A DNA stretch of 64,000 nucleotides from Clostridia bacterium (GCA_045661305.1 JAZRFJ010000028.1:5234-69233); one strand, 5' to 3'; shown: positions 1 to 9,410, counted from the first letter of the stretch. Translations and numbers: made by a program. The notes: generated from the letters alone by a model not told the origin.

Positions 1-266
1 TTTTATGCGGAACAGGAATCGGTATTTCAATTGCCGCAAACAAAGTAAAAGGAATCAGGGCGGCAGTATGTTCTGACCCTGCCTCATCAAAGCTTTCAAA
101 GTTACATAACAATTCAAACATTCTTGCAATGGGGGCAAGAATAGTCGGAAAAGAACTTGCAAAAGATATTTTAAGAGCTTGGCTTGATACTGAATTTGAG
201 GGTGCAAGACATCAGGAAAGAATAGATGCAATTTCTGATATTGAAAACGGAAAAAAACTCTATTAA
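1..266 (+). CDS. rpiB: ribose-5-phosphate isomerase B (RpiB/LacAB family), C-terminal part; 5' end lies outside the window
   Basis: Frame 3 reads open from the window edge: LCGTGIGISIAANKVKGIRAAVCSDPASSKLSKLHNNSNILAMGARIVGKELAKDILRAWLDTEFEGARHQERIDAISDIENGKKLY, with stop TAA at 264-266. The GTGIG...NKV.GIRAA...HNN.N.L..G.R pattern is typical of RpiB. Confidence 0.85.
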   Translation, partial: LCGTGIGISIAANKVKGIRAAVCSDPASSKLSKLHNNSNILAMGARIVGKELAKDILRAWLDTEFEGARHQERIDAISDIENGKKLY

Positions 267-287
267 AAAAATTAAGAGATAATAAAT

Positions 288-1022
288 ATGAAAAGAATAG
301 CTTTTATAACAGGCGGTGCAACAGGAATAGGAAAAGAAACAGCAAAAACACTCTGCAAAGACGGTTTTTTTGTTGTTATTTTCTGTAACAACAGTGAACA
401 AGACGCCGCTTTATTATGCGAAGAACTTAACGAAAAAGACTTTAATTCCTGCTATATTAAAGCGGATTTATCAGTTTTTGAGGAAGCGCAAAAAGCAGTA
501 GCTGATGCTTTAAAAATAACAGGCGGAGTTCATCTTCTTGTTAACAACGCAGGTATTGCACAGCAAAAGCTTTTTAGCGAAATAACACATGTTGACTGGC
601 ACACAATGATGAATACAAATCTTAACTCTGTTTTTTATATGTGTAAAGAGGTAGTTCCTCTTATGATTAAAAACAAATGCGGAAAAATAATTAATATTTC
701 TTCAATGTGGGGAATATGCGGTGCTTCCTGCGAAGTCCACTATTCAACCTCAAAAGCGGCAGTTATCGGCTTTACAAAATCACTTGCACAAGAACTTGGT
801 CCAAGCAATATACAGGTAAACTGTGTTGCACCAGGTGTTATAGATACAAAAATGAACAGTTGTTTTTCAGGGGAAACTATGGAAGAATTAAAAGAAATGA
901 CACCTCTTGGAAGAATAGGAAAACCCTCGGATGTTTCTGAACTTATTTCCTTTCTTGCAAGTGATAAAGCTGATTTTATTACAGGTCAGGTTATTAGCCC
1001 CAACGGTGGATTTTTGATTTAG
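288..1022 (+). CDS. short-chain dehydrogenase/reductase (FabG-like 3-oxoacyl-ACP reductase family)
   Basis: 244 aa ORF with TGGATGIG Rossmann motif, NNAG, and the catalytic S...YxxxK (YSTSKAA). AAGAGATAAT lies upstream of the ATG. Confidence 0.85.
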   Translation: MKRIAFITGGATGIGKETAKTLCKDGFFVVIFCNNSEQDAALLCEELNEKDFNSCYIKADLSVFEEAQKAVADALKITGGVHLLVNNAGIAQQKLFSEITHVDWHTMMNTNLNSVFYMCKEVVPLMIKNKCGKIINISSMWGICGASCEVHYSTSKAAVIGFTKSLAQELGPSNIQVNCVAPGVIDTKMNSCFSGETMEELKEMTPLGRIGKPSDVSELISFLASDKADFITGQVISPNGGFLI

Positions 1023-1052
1023 GGATGTTAAAAAAGTCCAGACCGCAAAAAA
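1022..1052. repeat. 31-bp direct repeat, copy 1 (GGGATGTTAAAAAAGTCCAGACCGCAAAAAA)
   Basis: 28/31 identical to 1238-1268, offset 216 bp. The pair brackets the structured repeat at 1126-1230. Copy 1 starts at the last base of the SDR stop codon. Confidence 0.8.
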
Positions 1053-1125
1053 ATCAAACCAAAAAAATAAAAGAAATTTTAACAGATTTTTCTTGTTAGA
1101 ATTTAAAAAGTTTTTTGATTTTTTT

Positions 1126-1230
1126 GCTATGAACAAACCTCGCCTCTCGGTGTACCTTTGTACACCTTCGGGTTTCCCAAAGCTTTGCTTTGGCTCGGTT
1201 TGTCCATTCTGAAGCTTTTTTTCCTATCCC
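1126..1230 (-). repeat. structured intergenic repeat family E, copy E1 (candidate three-way-junction small RNA, minus-strand sense)
   Basis: The reverse complement aligns over about 105 nt with 51564-51670. Hairpins at 1149-1166 (GGTGTAC/GTACACC) and 1177-1193 (CCAAAGC/GCTTTGG). Closing helix 1131-1138 with 1202-1209. Covariation against copy E2. Confidence 0.7.
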
Positions 1231-1237
1231 TAAAAAT

Positions 1238-1268
1238 GGAATGTTAAAAAAGTCAAGACCACAAAAAA
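1238..1268. repeat. 31-bp direct repeat, copy 2 (GGAATGTTAAAAAAGTCAAGACCACAAAAAA)
   Basis: See 1022-1052. It contains GTCAAGACC, which recurs exactly at 15392-15400 and 17649-17657. Confidence 0.8.
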
Positions 1269-1278
1269 GGATTAAAAA

Positions 1279-1322
1279 GGGGAATTGCCGAAAGTTACAA
1301 AAAATTCCCCCTCCCCCCTATA
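1279..1322 (-). repeat. G-rich hairpin repeat family G, copy G1
   Basis: GGGGAATT (1279-1286) pairs with AATTCCCC (1303-1310), followed by CTCCCCCCTATA. The reverse complement TATAGGGGGGAGGGGGAA...CTTTCGG...TTCCCC aligns with 21837-21871. Confidence 0.6.
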
Positions 1323-1347
1323 AAAAACAACAACAAGGAGAACTAAG

Positions 1348-1851
1348 ATGAACGAAAATTATAATCAAATAAGAATAGATGTAAGACTTGAAGACTATGA
1401 CGGAATAGTGTACAGACACTTCTGCCCATACTGCATGGAAGAAATTGAAAAATCATTGCCTTATGAGGAAAGCAGTATAGAATGTGATGTATGTAAAAAA
1501 ATCATAAATCTTAACTGGTCAAGCTATGTAGATGATATTGAAGACTATTTATCCGAAAAAATAAGATACAGTATAAAATCATCAAATGCCTACGATGATG
1601 AAGATTCGCTGACAGAAGCTTTGTGTGATGTTATCGAAGAAGTTTACCGTTCCGACGACCATGAAGAATGTTATTCGGTTGCAGAGGAAGTTGTGGAAAT
1701 AACAAGAGGCTACGAAGACGAGCATGATATTGCAAAAGAAATTATTGACATTCTCGATGTTCCGTCATTTTCAGAAGAAGACGCAGATAGCTTTTACGAA
1801 GACGATTATGAAGATGACTATAACTATAATGATGACGATGAAGAGTTTTAA
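1348..1851 (+). CDS. hypothetical, highly acidic protein with N-terminal CxxC...CxxC zinc-ribbon
   Basis: 167 aa ORF with a good RBS (AAGGAG 7 nt upstream). CPYC...CDVC motif. C-terminal half is very rich in D/E/Y (ends DDYEDDYNYNDDDEEF). No family recognised. Confidence 0.6.
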   Translation: MNENYNQIRIDVRLEDYDGIVYRHFCPYCMEEIEKSLPYEESSIECDVCKKIINLNWSSYVDDIEDYLSEKIRYSIKSSNAYDDEDSLTEALCDVIEEVYRSDDHEECYSVAEEVVEITRGYEDEHDIAKEIIDILDVPSFSEEDADSFYEDDYEDDYNYNDDDEEF

Positions 1852-1863
1852 TTCTTTAAATTT

Positions 1864-1901
1864 AAATAGGGTATAAAGCAACTTAGCTTTGTACCCTATT
1901 T
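1864..1901 (+). terminator. long stem-loop downstream of the acidic-protein gene (putative terminator)
   Basis: AAATAGGGTATAAAGC / GCTTTGTACCCTATTT, 16-bp stem with one T-G wobble and a 6-nt loop. The downstream T-run is weak. Confidence 0.45.
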
Positions 1902-2011
1902 AAATCTATATATTTGTCCAAAAAAAGTTCAGCTGATATTAGTTGTTATTATAATAAATATACGATTTGATATAAAAAATATATAGAATGAATTCTGTAA
2001 TAAATTCTGTG

Positions 2012-2040
2012 TTGCATTCTTGTTAAATATATGTTATAAT
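2012..2040 (+). promoter_or_regulatory. sigma-A type promoter for putP
   Basis: TTGCAT, 17 nt, TATAAT. It ends 37 nt upstream of the ATG at 2078. Confidence 0.5.
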
Positions 2041-2077
2041 ATTCCTATTATAAAATAGGAAATGTGAGGTAACAAAA

Positions 2078-3616
2078 ATGACACACACACAATGGGGCAT
2101 GATACTTGCTATCGCAGTATATTTGCTCGGAATGGTATATATAGGATATATATACTCCAAAAAGACAGAAAATGCCGGAGATTTTTATCTTGGCGGAAGA
2201 AAATTAGGACCTTTTGTAACAGCTATGAGTGCGGAAGCATCTGATATGTCCGGTTGGTTACTTATGGGACTTCCCGGTGTTGCACTTGCAGGAAGTATTG
2301 CAGAAGCGGCATGGACTGCTATCGGTCTTGCAATAGGCACATACATAAACTGGCTTATTGTTGCAAGAAGAATAAGATGTTACACAGAGGTTGCAGGAAA
2401 TTCTGTTACACTGCCTGAATTTTTCGAAAACAGATACAAGGATAAATCCAAGCTATTAAGATTGTTTTCTGCACTTTTTATTGTAATATTCTTCGTTCCG
2501 TATACAGCCTCAGGATTTGTTGCTTGCGGAAAAGTTTTTGCAACTGTATTTGGCGCTGAGTATGTTACAGCGATGATTATTTCAGCATTCGTTATTGTTC
2601 TTTATACATCTATGGGCGGATTTTCTGCTGCAAGTACAACAGACTTTATCCAGAGTATTGTTATGTCAATAGCTCTTATTATAGTTGTTGTATTTGGTAT
2701 TTCAAATGCAGGCGGAATAAGTTCAGTAATTAATAACGCAAAAGATTTAAACGGATATTTCAGTCTTACAACACTTTCAAACTGGATGACAGACGGAAGT
2801 GTAGGACAATACAACGGTCTTACAATAGCATCAACACTTGCATGGGGACTAGGCTACTTTGGAATGCCTCATATTCTTTTGAGATTTATGGCTATTGAAG
2901 ATGAAACAAAGCTCAAGCTTTCAAGAAGAGTTGCATCAATATGGGTTGTTATCGCTATGTTTGTTGCAATAGCTATCGGTGTAATCGGATATTCTCTTAT
3001 CCAAAACGGCACAGTAACCACAATAGCTGACTTTGCACAGAGAGAAAATATAATTATGGTTATCGCAACACTCATAAGTGAATACGGATTTGTTTTTGCG
3101 CTCGTTGGCGGAATTATTCTTGCAGGAATTCTTGCTTCAACAATGTCAACAGCAGATTCACAGCTTCTTGCTGCCGCGTCAAGTATTTCAGAGGACATTA
3201 CTCAAGGCGTTTTGGGAATTAAAATTTCTGAAAAGAAATCAATCCTTATCGCAAGACTTACTGTTATAGGAATAGCTATTATCGGTATATTCCTTGCACT
3301 TAATCCTGATTCATCAGTATTCAAAATCGTATCATTTGCATGGGCAGGCTTTGGTGCGACATTCGGCCCTGTTGTTCTTGCTGCACTTTTCTGGAAGCGT
3401 TCAAACAAATATGGTGCTTTAGCAGGTATGTTAAGTGGTGCTATTATGGTATTTGTATGGAAATTCTGTATTGCTAAGCTTGGCGGAGTATTTGCAATAT
3501 ATGAGCTTCTCCCTGCATTTATAGTTGCTTGTATCGCGATAATTGTCGTAAGCTTGGCTACAAAAGCTCCTGAAAAGGAAATAACAGACGAATTTGAAGC
3601 TGTTGTTAACGCATAA
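2078..3616 (+). CDS. putP: sodium/proline symporter (SSF family)
   Basis: 512 aa polytopic membrane protein. The N-terminal FYLGGRKLGPFVTAMSAEASDMSGWLLMGLPG block is characteristic of PutP. Confidence 0.8.
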   Translation: MTHTQWGMILAIAVYLLGMVYIGYIYSKKTENAGDFYLGGRKLGPFVTAMSAEASDMSGWLLMGLPGVALAGSIAEAAWTAIGLAIGTYINWLIVARRIRCYTEVAGNSVTLPEFFENRYKDKSKLLRLFSALFIVIFFVPYTASGFVACGKVFATVFGAEYVTAMIISAFVIVLYTSMGGFSAASTTDFIQSIVMSIALIIVVVFGISNAGGISSVINNAKDLNGYFSLTTLSNWMTDGSVGQYNGLTIASTLAWGLGYFGMPHILLRFMAIEDETKLKLSRRVASIWVVIAMFVAIAIGVIGYSLIQNGTVTTIADFAQRENIIMVIATLISEYGFVFALVGGIILAGILASTMSTADSQLLAAASSISEDITQGVLGIKISEKKSILIARLTVIGIAIIGIFLALNPDSSVFKIVSFAWAGFGATFGPVVLAALFWKRSNKYGALAGMLSGAIMVFVWKFCIAKLGGVFAIYELLPAFIVACIAIIVVSLATKAPEKEITDEFEAVVNA

Positions 3617-3643
3617 AAAATTTTAAAAAATAAATTAGAAAAA

Positions 3644-3682
3644 AGAGGTAATGAAAAAATTCTTTTCATTGCCTCTTTTTTT
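3644..3682 (+). terminator. rho-independent terminator of putP
   Basis: AGAGGTAATGAAAA / TTTTCATTGCCTCT stem followed by a T-run. Confidence 0.75.
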
Positions 3683-3725
3683 CACTTTTAATATTGCTCT
3701 CTTTTGTTAAAATAATAAAAGAGAG

Positions 3726-4802
3726 GTGGTGGAAAATATAGAAACAAAAAAAAATAATTTTCAAAATTACAAAAAAAATGATAAGAAAAACAAAATTTTT
3801 AAATTTAAGTTTTATTCTCTTGTTTTCAGTATTTACATTATATTTGTAGGATATGCAAATTCGGTAGCTGAAAACGAGGTTTGCGTTTATTCAGATTTAA
3901 GAACTCAAAAACTTATTCCCTCAGGTCAGGCTGTCGCAATGAAATTAAAAACAAATGGAGTTTTGGTTGTAGGAGTAAAAAACGATGCAAATCTTCCCGC
4001 AAAAAAGGCAGGAATAAAAAACGGCGATATCATAACGATGGTAAATGATACAAAAGTTTTAAACACTGCCCATTTTGAAGAAATAATACAAGCTGCAGAT
4101 GAGAATGAAATTACGCTTTTCATAAAAAGAGATGACAAAATTTACAGTACAAATATTATTCCCCAAAAAAATAATGGTTTTTGCGAAATAGGTCTTTGGC
4201 TTCGGGACAGTGCAGCAGGAATAGGAACAGTTTCGTTTTATTCGAGTGACAAAAAGCATTTCTACGCACTGGGACATCCGATAGCTGACAGCGATACTCA
4301 AAAAAATTTTTCCGTAAGAACAGGAAGCTTAGAGCTTGTTGACATTCACGGTGCAAAAAAAGGTAAGAAAAACAATCCTGGGGAGCTTATAGGAACGATG
4401 TCCGATTACGAGATAGGAAGCATTTTAACTAATACAAATTCAGGAATTTACGGTAAAATCAAAGACAAGGGTGTAATACTTGAAAAACCTATCGAGGTAA
4501 TGAAAAAAGAAGAAGTCAAAGAAGGCAAAGCTTATATTTTCACAACTGTGAGCGACTGCGGAGTAGAAAAATTTGAAATAAAAATTTCAAAAATTTTAGA
4601 CAACAATAAAAACAAAGATTTCATTATAAAAATAACTGATAAAAAGCTTATAGAAAAAACAGGCGGAATAGTTCAGGGAATGTCGGGTTCACCGATAATT
4701 CAGAATGGCCGAATTGTGGGAGCTGTGACACATGTTTTTGTGAATGATCCAACAAGAGGTTATGGGATATTTATTGAAAATATGCTAGCGGCGTCATCAT
4801 AA
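3726..4802 (+). CDS. spoIVB: SpoIVB peptidase (S55 sporulation signalling serine protease)
   Basis: 358 aa with N-terminal membrane anchor, PDZ-like segment (GIKNGDIITMVND) and the S55 catalytic block GGIVQGMSGSPIIQNGRIVGAVTHVF. Non-ATG (GTG) start as in the track. Confidence 0.85.
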   Translation: MVENIETKKNNFQNYKKNDKKNKIFKFKFYSLVFSIYIIFVGYANSVAENEVCVYSDLRTQKLIPSGQAVAMKLKTNGVLVVGVKNDANLPAKKAGIKNGDIITMVNDTKVLNTAHFEEIIQAADENEITLFIKRDDKIYSTNIIPQKNNGFCEIGLWLRDSAAGIGTVSFYSSDKKHFYALGHPIADSDTQKNFSVRTGSLELVDIHGAKKGKKNNPGELIGTMSDYEIGSILTNTNSGIYGKIKDKGVILEKPIEVMKKEEVKEGKAYIFTTVSDCGVEKFEIKISKILDNNKNKDFIIKITDKKLIEKTGGIVQGMSGSPIIQNGRIVGAVTHVFVNDPTRGYGIFIENMLAASS

Positions 4803-4804
4803 GC

Positions 4805-4833
4805 AAAGCCCACACCGAAACGGTGTGGGCTTT
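4805..4833. terminator. GC-rich bidirectional terminator hairpin between spoIVB and the acyltransferase gene
   Basis: AAAGCCCACACCG aaa CGGTGTGGGCTTT, a perfect 13-bp stem, A/T-flanked on both sides. Confidence 0.8.
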
Positions 4834-4839
4834 ACATTG

Positions 4840-5877
4840 TTAAAATATTTTAGCTTTTTTTAATAATTTCAGAAGTTTGTCGCATATAATATGCACAATC
4901 GTTGCAAGTATCACAGTTGTTATAATTGAGAGGATAATGAAACAGCTTGAATTAATGTTTGGCAATACTTTCTCAACAATCTCGAACACAAAACAATGCA
5001 TCAAATACATTTCAAAGGAAATACTACCTAAGAAATAACTTATTTTATTACCAATTTGAATTTTTTCGTTCAGAAGTAATATAAACGCAAGAATTGCCAC
5101 ACCCAACAAAATCTTTAAAATATAGTCGCCCCAAAAAACAATATGCTTGAAAGACAGATACGATACTCCCAGGACAAGCGACGACAAGCACGCAACAGAA
5201 ACCTTCAATATCCATTTCTGACAAGAGGGTTTTTTGATGCTGTCATAATTAGCAAATAAAACTATTCCCCAAACAAAACCAATAGATTCGGTACACCATG
5301 TAGTTGTCTGAACAATTCCAATAAGTTTTAAAATATAGAGCAGTAAGCTGAAAGCAATGACAACAAAACATACAATCGGTCTGCGAAGCTTCTCTTTCCA
5401 TTTAAAACGGTAACCAATCCAAAACGCAACATAGCACACCAAAAGCCATCTTACCCACACATTGATCTGTAGCGGGCTACCTAAACGGGAACTGCCGGCA
5501 AGCAGAATCATGTCAAGCAAGATAATAACAACATTAGATATCCAGTTAGGAAGAATCAGTTTAGGCAATCTGCTGGTCCAGAACCGTTCGGTTGAATTTA
5601 TTTTTTTGCTTATACCTACAGACAAACCGTAGGCGGAAGTCATAAAGAAGAATGTAACACCAATATACGCAAAACTGCCAATCATATCCTGGATTTTATT
5701 CTGATATGCTGTTGGGATGTGAACAAGAATTACGATTAAGCACCAAAATCCACGCATCGCTTTTGTGTTGTCCATATCAAAAAAATTGTCATTGCCAGAA
5801 GAAATGTACTTTGATCCATGCGTCAGCATAAGTACCAAAAAAACAAGGATACCCATCATAATTACATAGTCAAGCAT
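4840..5877 (-). CDS. acyltransferase family 3 membrane protein (O-acyltransferase-like)
   Basis: 345 aa with about 10 predicted TM helices. The N-terminal FDMDNTKAMRGFWCLIVILVHI block resembles the acyltransferase_3 R/H motif region. RBS AGGGGG. Confidence 0.75.
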   Translation of the reverse strand: MLDYVIMMGILVFLVLMLTHGSKYISSGNDNFFDMDNTKAMRGFWCLIVILVHIPTAYQNKIQDMIGSFAYIGVTFFFMTSAYGLSVGISKKINSTERFWTSRLPKLILPNWISNVVIILLDMILLAGSSRLGSPLQINVWVRWLLVCYVAFWIGYRFKWKEKLRRPIVCFVVIAFSLLLYILKLIGIVQTTTWCTESIGFVWGIVLFANYDSIKKPSCQKWILKVSVACLSSLVLGVSYLSFKHIVFWGDYILKILLGVAILAFILLLNEKIQIGNKISYFLGSISFEMYLMHCFVFEIVEKVLPNINSSCFIILSIITTVILATIVHIICDKLLKLLKKAKIF

Positions 5878-5992
5878 ACTTTACCCCCTAATCATGAAAT
5901 TATATTTATTTAAGTCTACCAAAAAATACTAAAATTTGCAAGTAGTAATACTATTTTATAATCTGTAATGTTGTCCCCTATTGACAACACTC

Positions 5993-6100
5993 GTGTCAGG
6001 TTCACCGATACTTCAAAATGGTAAAATTATTGGTGCAGTAACTCATGTGTTTGTAAATGACCCGACAAGAGGGTATGGGATTTTTATTGAGAATATGCTC
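5993..6100 (+). pseudogene. orphan fragment of a spoIVB 3' end (36 codons, no start, frame runs into unrelated sequence)
   Basis: Aligns codon-for-codon with 4680-4787 of the intact spoIVB ([36 protein letters not shown]). My manual alignment gives 21 mismatches in 108 nt, mostly third positions. Confidence 0.75.
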
Positions 6101-6128
6101 TCTTTTTTAAACAGCCACATTTCTCTTG

Positions 6129-8072
6129 TTATTTTGTTTCTTCTTTTAAAAACACATTCCCTAAAGGTTTTAAGTTATCATAACTGTCAATAGCAAAAAC
6201 TTTTACAGTATAATCTTTAAAATCAGCAGGAATTTTCTGATATTCAAAAACATTCCCTTTGTTTCCCATTGGCTTATCCAAAATCTTTACAAGCTTGTTT
6301 CCGTTATATATTCCGCAAATAAGCGTTGTTTCATCAAGATTAACACCATCAACAACTGCCGCAATACGAACTGTATCGCCCTCGTTAAAAGTTGTTTTTT
6401 CTGCTTTACTTTCATCTGTGAAATTTACAAATGAAATATCTGTATATTTTTCATCTGTTTTTGTTATGGCTTTTATAGGGAAATTAGCACCGCCCAAGTC
6501 TGCTTCAACACGCTTATGTAAGTCGATGAATCCCACCATACCTAAAAGGTTTGGATAATAAAATGATTGCATAGGCTCACTTTTGGCATTTACTACACCC
6601 GCTTGAGATACATTTGCTTCAAAACACAAATTATGCGGCTGATATGTCGGTGAATTGGCAAGAATCAAAATTGAAAATTTTTCTGATGTTATTTGTGTAT
6701 CTTCAACATCAACAGTATGATAACCTGTATTTTCGGGAATTAATTTCCCAAATCTTATCATACTTTCCTCAAGGTTTTCAAAATACACATGATAGCCTGC
6801 ATTTTCATCTGCTTCTTTCAACTCATCATCAATCAGATATATATAATATTCAAAGCCTTCTTCAGCATAAAGAGAAATATGTGTCAAAACTTCACTTTCA
6901 GTTTTTCTTTCAAATTGGTTTCCGTAATAATTCATATAAGATAAAAATTTGTTTTCGTTCTCATCTTTTAATTCTACAGACATACTCCAATGTGAAAAAA
7001 AATCATCATACGAGTATAAAATCGTATTAGAGTTTCTTCTTTGCATTTGGGTTATAGCAAAAAGCTCATATCCTACATAGTAATCATAATAGGAAAGATA
7101 AAAAAATCCATTATCACACGCATCAGTACCCCAACTGTTTTTAACGATAAAAGCACCGTTATCAGGTGGAACTATTTCAACACCACTAACAGTATGTCTG
7201 AAATTTTCTTTATCATATGTATCATCCCATCCCACTATCAGCACAGAATGATTTGTACTAACAGTTGGGGAAGTTTCAGAAATTGGAAAATAGTATAAAT
7301 TCTTTTTCTCTGCCTGGGCAAAATAAGTGTAATTTGAATTCAAGGTACAAACTGCTGAGCCATAGGATAGTATAGCTTTTTTTAGGTCATCTCTCATTTC
7401 TGCTTTTTTATCATAATCTCTGCCATCATATTCTTTTATATCTTCATGATTGAATATCGTTCCTGTTATAATATAATCACTAAGAGGAATATTTGCAGTT
7501 TCAGAATAATCTCTGCCTTTTGCAGGCCACACAAATTCATCATCTTTTTCATTGACAAGACCTATTCTGTTTAAGAAATATGGAACAGATTTTCCATAGT
7601 TTCCTCCAGAGCCAAGAGACATATTGTGTCCAAAGGTGGTATTGTTATATCTATTTGAAACCATATATTGCATATGATTTTCGCTAAAATCATATGCATC
7701 ATTTATAGTTTTCCCATTTAGATCTAAAACAGGAAAATTTTTCAACATATAGCTTTCAGCCGCACCAAGTGCTGAAAATATCCAGCAGTTTCCACTTTCC
7801 CCTTGTGATTTAACAGGTGAAACAAATTGCAAATTATTTATGTCATCATTATATTTTGAAGGCAAATAGGCTGATTCGTTATCAAGAAATAATTTGCAAT
7901 TCAATTCACCAAGATCATACAAAACATTATCAGAATACTCTTCAACAAATATAGGCTCAGTTTCTAACCTATATGTTTCCATTATTTCAAGTCCATAGTT
8001 TTCTTCTGCATAACTCAAGGTTGTACTTGATAACATTACAATAGTTACCAAAATAACAAAAAACCTCTTCAT
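6129..8072 (-). CDS. secreted papain-like cysteine peptidase (C1 family) with long C-terminal extension
   Basis: 647 aa with signal peptide ([22 protein letters not shown]). Catalytic Cys in [12 protein letters not shown], His in [11 protein letters not shown], and the KNSWG motif. About 250 aa of beta-rich C-terminal region. Confidence 0.8.
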   Translation of the reverse strand: MKRFFVILVTIVMLSSTTLSYAEENYGLEIMETYRLETEPIFVEEYSDNVLYDLGELNCKLFLDNESAYLPSKYNDDINNLQFVSPVKSQGESGNCWIFSALGAAESYMLKNFPVLDLNGKTINDAYDFSENHMQYMVSNRYNNTTFGHNMSLGSGGNYGKSVPYFLNRIGLVNEKDDEFVWPAKGRDYSETANIPLSDYIITGTIFNHEDIKEYDGRDYDKKAEMRDDLKKAILSYGSAVCTLNSNYTYFAQAEKKNLYYFPISETSPTVSTNHSVLIVGWDDTYDKENFRHTVSGVEIVPPDNGAFIVKNSWGTDACDNGFFYLSYYDYYVGYELFAITQMQRRNSNTILYSYDDFFSHWSMSVELKDENENKFLSYMNYYGNQFERKTESEVLTHISLYAEEGFEYYIYLIDDELKEADENAGYHVYFENLEESMIRFGKLIPENTGYHTVDVEDTQITSEKFSILILANSPTYQPHNLCFEANVSQAGVVNAKSEPMQSFYYPNLLGMVGFIDLHKRVEADLGGANFPIKAITKTDEKYTDISFVNFTDESKAEKTTFNEGDTVRIAAVVDGVNLDETTLICGIYNGNKLVKILDKPMGNKGNVFEYQKIPADFKDYTVKVFAIDSYDNLKPLGNVFLKEETK

Positions 8073-8183
8073 TTTAACACCTCTTAATTACAATTATATT
8101 TTCATTCTATCACCAAAATTAGCATTTGTCAATACAAATGAAAAAGGGATATTGAATTTTCGTCCAATATCCCCATATAATTC

Positions 8184-9329
8184 CTATTTAAAATAATCTT
8201 TCAATGTACTAAAGAAGCTTTTTCTTTTAGCGTGATTACTGCTTTCACATGCTTCATCAAACTTTTTAAGTAATTCCTTTTGTTTTTGGTTAAGCTTCTT
8301 TGGAATTTCAACCTTAACAATTACATACTGATTTCCGACTCCGCCGCCTCTTAAGTATGGAATGCCCTTTCCTTTAAGCATAAATTTTGCACCGTGCTGT
8401 GTTCCCTCAGGAATTGTCATTTCAATTTTTCCGTTTATTGCAGGAACAATAACTTTACCGCCAAGTGCTGCCTCTGCATATGTTATAGGAAGTTCAACAT
8501 AAATATCAAAGCCTGAACGCTGGAAAATTTTATCAGGTGTTACATTAACCTCGATATAAAGGTCGCCCATAGGTCCATTGTTTTTACCCGGTTCACCTTC
8601 ACCTCTTAGGGTTATTGCCTGACCGTCATCTATACCTGCAGGAATATTAATTTCCAGCTTCTTTGTTTTCCTTTCAACACCATTACCGTTACAGGTTTTA
8701 CATGGTTCTTTTATAATTTTACCTGTACCATTACAATTTGGACAAGTACCTGTTGTCTGAATATTTCCAATAGGTGTTCTCTGAACTTTTCTTACAGTAC
8801 CGCTTCCGTTACAGTTTGAACAAGTTTCAGGGCTTGTGCCTTTTCTTGCACCGCTTCCCATACAGTCTGAACATCTTTCATTTTTAGTTATTGAAATTTC
8901 TTTTTTTACACCAAAAACAGATTCTTTAAATGAAATAGTAACAGCCTTTTGTAAATCTCTTCCTCTTTGCGGACCGTTTCTTCTTGATGAGCCACCTCCA
9001 CCAAAGCCTCCGAAACCACCGCCGAAGAAGGAATCAAATATATCACTAAAATCACCAAAGCCTCCAAATCCACCGCCAAAACCGCCTCCGCCTGCCGTCT
9101 GGTCAAAAGCTGCATGACCAAACTGGTCATACTGCTGTCTTTTTTGAGAGTCAGACAAAACGGCATAAGCTTCATTTGCTTCTTTGAATTTAGCTTCAGC
9201 CTCTTTATCACCAGGGTGCAAGTCAGGATGGTACTGCTTTGCAACCTTTCTGTATGCTTTTTTTAAATCGTCCTCAGTAGCACTTTTAGAAACACCGAGG
9301 ACTTCATAATAATCTCTTTTTTCCGCCAT
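8184..9329 (-). CDS. dnaJ: molecular chaperone DnaJ
   Basis: J domain (YYEVLGV...HPD), G/F-rich linker and four CxxCxGxG zinc motifs. I place the start at MAEKRDYY (9329) rather than the track start at 9356. Confidence 0.95.
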   Translation of the reverse strand: MAEKRDYYEVLGVSKSATEDDLKKAYRKVAKQYHPDLHPGDKEAEAKFKEANEAYAVLSDSQKRQQYDQFGHAAFDQTAGGGGFGGGFGGFGDFSDIFDSFFGGGFGGFGGGGSSRRNGPQRGRDLQKAVTISFKESVFGVKKEISITKNERCSDCMGSGARKGTSPETCSNCNGSGTVRKVQRTPIGNIQTTGTCPNCNGTGKIIKEPCKTCNGNGVERKTKKLEINIPAGIDDGQAITLRGEGEPGKNNGPMGDLYIEVNVTPDKIFQRSGFDIYVELPITYAEAALGGKVIVPAINGKIEMTIPEGTQHGAKFMLKGKGIPYLRGGGVGNQYVIVKVEIPKKLNQKQKELLKKFDEACESSNHAKRKSFFSTLKDYFK

Positions 9330-9410
9330 CTGTTTTCTGCCTTTCACAACATTCAATCATCGGAGAGTCGAACTCAAACAGTTCAGCTCCCCGATGACTC
9401 TTAGTCTGTT

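Noticed and set aside
5981-6000. Shared 10-mer ACTCGTGTCA between the spoIVB-fragment junction and the R2 terminal repeat as proof of a common recombinase site
   Set aside because: A single 10-mer match has roughly a one-in-ten chance of occurring somewhere in 64 kb on two strands, before allowing for multiple comparisons. I kept it only as a remark within the spoIVB finding.
5981-6193. 70-aa ORF ([14 protein letters not shown]...) as an intact gene
   Set aside because: Only residues 5-40 are SpoIVB-like. It lacks the N-terminal 320 aa or so of the protease. The tail reads antisense into the C1 peptidase gene. I annotate it as a gene fragment instead.
8836-9244. Plus- and minus-strand ORFs inside dnaJ (for example the [11 protein letters not shown]-rich 93-aa ORF)
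   Set aside because: These are alternative-frame and antisense readings of the Gly/Phe-rich linker of DnaJ. They are low complexity and sit inside a confidently assigned gene.
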